Shown one piece after another: positions 61,745 to 64,000 of a stretch of DNA of 64,000 bases. The notes under the pieces were generated by a model, which saw only the letters and a program-made list of their open reading frames with translations, ran no database searches and had not been told where the DNA came from. This DNA is from the human T2T-CHM13v2.0 reference genome, Homo sapiens, in the NCBI RefSeq assembly GCF_009914755.1, contig NC_060940.1; one strand, 5' to 3'. Positions within the stretch are counted from its first letter, which is position 1, and every line of letters begins with the position of its first letter. A program made the position numbers and the translations under genes.

Positions 61745-63040
61745 TTTTTTTTTTTTTTTTTTTTTATTGTTCATTCTTGGGTGTTTCTCGCAGAGGGGGA
61801 TTTGGCAGGGTCATAGGACAATAGTGAAGGGAAGGTCAGCAGATAAACAAGTGAACAAAGGTCTCTGGTTTTCCTAGGCAGAGGACCCTGCGGCCTTCCG
61901 CAGTGTTTGTGTCCCTGGGTACTTGAGATTAGGGAGTGGTGATGACTCTTAAGGAGCATGCTGCCTTCAAGCATCTGTTTAACAAAGCACATCTTGCACC
62001 GCCCTTAATCCATTTAACCCTGAGTGGACACAGCACATGTTTCAGAGAGCACAGGGTTGGGGGCAAGGTCACAGATAAACAGGATAAGAATTTTTCTTAG
62101 TACAGAGCAAAACGAAAAGTCTCCCATGTCTACCTCTCTCCACACAGACACGGCAACCATCCGATTTCTCAATCCTTTCCCCACCTTTCCCCCCTTTCTA
62201 CTCCACAAAACCGCCATTGTCATCATGGCCCGTTCTCAATGAGCTGCTGGGCACACCTCCCAGACGGGGGGGCGACCGGGCAGAGGCGCCCCTCACCTCC
62301 CGGGCGGGGCGGCTGGCCGGGTGGGGGGCTGACCCCCCCACCTCCCTCCTGGACGGGGCGGCTGGCCGGGCGGGGGGCTGACCCCCCCACCTCCCTCCCG
62401 GACGGGGTGGCTGGCCGGGCGGGGGGCTGACCCCCCCACCTCCCTCCCGGACGGGGCAGCTGGCCGGGAGAGGGGCTCCTCACTTTCCAGACTGGGCAGC
62501 CAGGCAGAGGGGCTCCTCACGTCCCAGACGATGGGCGGCCAGGCAGAGACGCTCCTCACTTCCCAGAAGGGGTGGCGGCTGGGCAGAGGCTGCAATCTCA
62601 GCACTTTGGGAGGCCAAGGCAGGCGGCTGGGAGGTGGAGGTTGTAGCGAGCCGAGATCACGCCACTGCACTCCAGCCTGGGCACCATTGAGCACTGAGTG
62701 AACCAGACTCCGTCTGCAACCCCGGCACCTCAGGAGGCCGAGGCTGGCGGATCACTCGCGGTTAGGAGCTGGAGACCAGCCCGGCCAACACAGCGAAACC
62801 CCTTCTCCACCAAAAAAATACGAAAACCAGTCAGGCGTGGCGCCGCGCGCCTGCAATCGCAAGTACTCGGCAGGCCGAGGCAGGAGAATCAGGCAGGGAG
62901 GTTGCAGTGAGCCGAGATGGCAGCAGTACAGTCCAGCTTCGGCTTGGCATCAGAGGGAGACCGTGGAAAGAGAGGGAGACCGTGGGGAGACGGAGAGGGA
63001 GAGGGAGAGGGAGAGGGAGAGGGAGAGGGAGAGGGAGAGG
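61745..63040 (-). mobile_element. SVA retrotransposon, structurally complete with short VNTR (possibly SVA_D)
   Basis: Minus-strand order: about 8 CCCTCT hexamers (62992-63040), Alu-like domain, GC-rich VNTR (~62262-62580), SINE-R (~61766-62260), AATAAA and A21 tail. TSD CAAACTCTGATTTTT at 61735-61749 and 63044-63058, with TT/AAAA endonuclease site. Confidence 0.97.
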
Positions 63041-63089
63041 TTCCAAACTCTGATTTTTAACAAATCAAGTAAAATCCATGTTTCCACGT

Positions 63090-63480
63090 TCTAGCTCCCC
63101 GCTGCCCCACAGCTGCTCCACTCCACGTGCCCTCTGTTTCAGTCATGCCAAAGGATGTGCTGGTCCCACAATCCACCACAGGTTTCTCAGCCTTCCTCTA
63201 CTAGGCAACTCCAACTTATGACCGGAGGGTGAGCACAGGCATCACCATCGCCTCCTCGGAAGCCTTCCCTGGTGACCCTCTTCTGCATCTTCCTGCCAGT
63301 TTGAGCCAGTTCACTCTCCCCAGGATCTTCCCTTTATCACAACACTCAGTAGCCACTGATGCACTGGTTGTCTACACACCTGTCTGCACCACAAGACACT
63401 GATTCCTTGAATGGAAAGCCAATTATTTCATCTTCCACATCTAAATTCAGTCCCTCAGTCCTTCAACAGTACAAAGGCAA
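63090..63480 (+). mobile_element. L2 3' fragment
   Basis: cctcctcggaagccttccctg...caagacactgattccttga L2 motifs. Confidence 0.55.
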
Positions 63481-63485
63481 ATATT

Positions 63486-63785
63486 GGCCAAGCGTGGTGG
63501 CTCACGCCTGTAATCCCAGCACTTTGGGAGGCTGAGGCAGGCAAACTGCTTGTGTCCAGGTGTTCGAGACCAGCCTGGACAACATGGTGAAACCCCATCT
63601 CTCCTAAAAATACAAAAAATTAGGCATGGTGGCATGCTCCTGTAGTCCCAGCTACTCAGAAGGCTGAGGTGGGAGGGTAATCTGAGCCCGGGAGGTCAAG
63701 GCTGCTGTGAACCAAGATCGCGCCACTGCACTCCAGCCTGGGCAACTGGAGTAAGACCCTGTCTCAGAAAAAAAAAAAAAAAAAA
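63486..63785 (+). mobile_element. AluJb
   Basis: Alu dimer; aaaggcaa at both flanks. Confidence 0.9.
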
Positions 63786-64000
63786 GGCAATACTTAAAGA
63801 ATAATACTGCAGGTTTCAAATGAAAGCCATTGTTTCAAAAATCTTGCAAAATACCTTCCTAATTATTCTGTTGTTACTATAAAGAATACAGGGCATATAA
63901 ACATATGGTATCTAGACTATACAAAGATAAATCAGTAAGAAATAAGAGGCTTACCCTCCATCTTAAAATATAATCACAGAAGTGCATACCTAAATGTGAA

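Noticed and set aside
62223-63094. Pro/Gly/Arg-rich and ER/LP-repeat ORFs
   Set aside because: Translations of the SVA VNTR and hexamer

Overview
This is hominid genomic DNA, almost certainly human: it contains AluY and SVA elements and an exon matching human PARN as I recall the protein. The window lies entirely inside PARN (poly(A)-specific ribonuclease), which is transcribed on the minus strand. The only coding feature is one 190-bp internal PARN exon (12207-12396; about Ala494-Ser557, probably exon 22). The rest is intron, dense with repeats: about 48 Alu/FLAM/FAM copies, decayed L1M/L1PB, L2, MIR, DNA transposon relics (MER33, MER58A, MER8, MER82, MER53, two Tigger3a), two solo LTRs and a complete short SVA in the PARN sense orientation. 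The other listed ORFs are Alu/SVA/L1 or low-complexity artefacts. I see no evidence for a new multi-gene system. The most unusual signals are small: (1) a 65-bp non-Alu, A-tailed, TSD-flanked retrocopy of a hairpin RNA at 17140-17204; (2) a 69-bp inverted templated insertion with a snap-back junction inside an L1 (1381-1459, copied from 3040-3108); (3) a chimeric Alu where about 1.3 kb of L1 ORF2 is missing; (4) a dispersed 137-bp duplication; (5) a perfect 19-bp hairpin; (6) a candidate recursive splice site. Repeat family names come from recalled consensus sequences and boundaries are approximate; both need RepeatMasker/Dfam confirmation.
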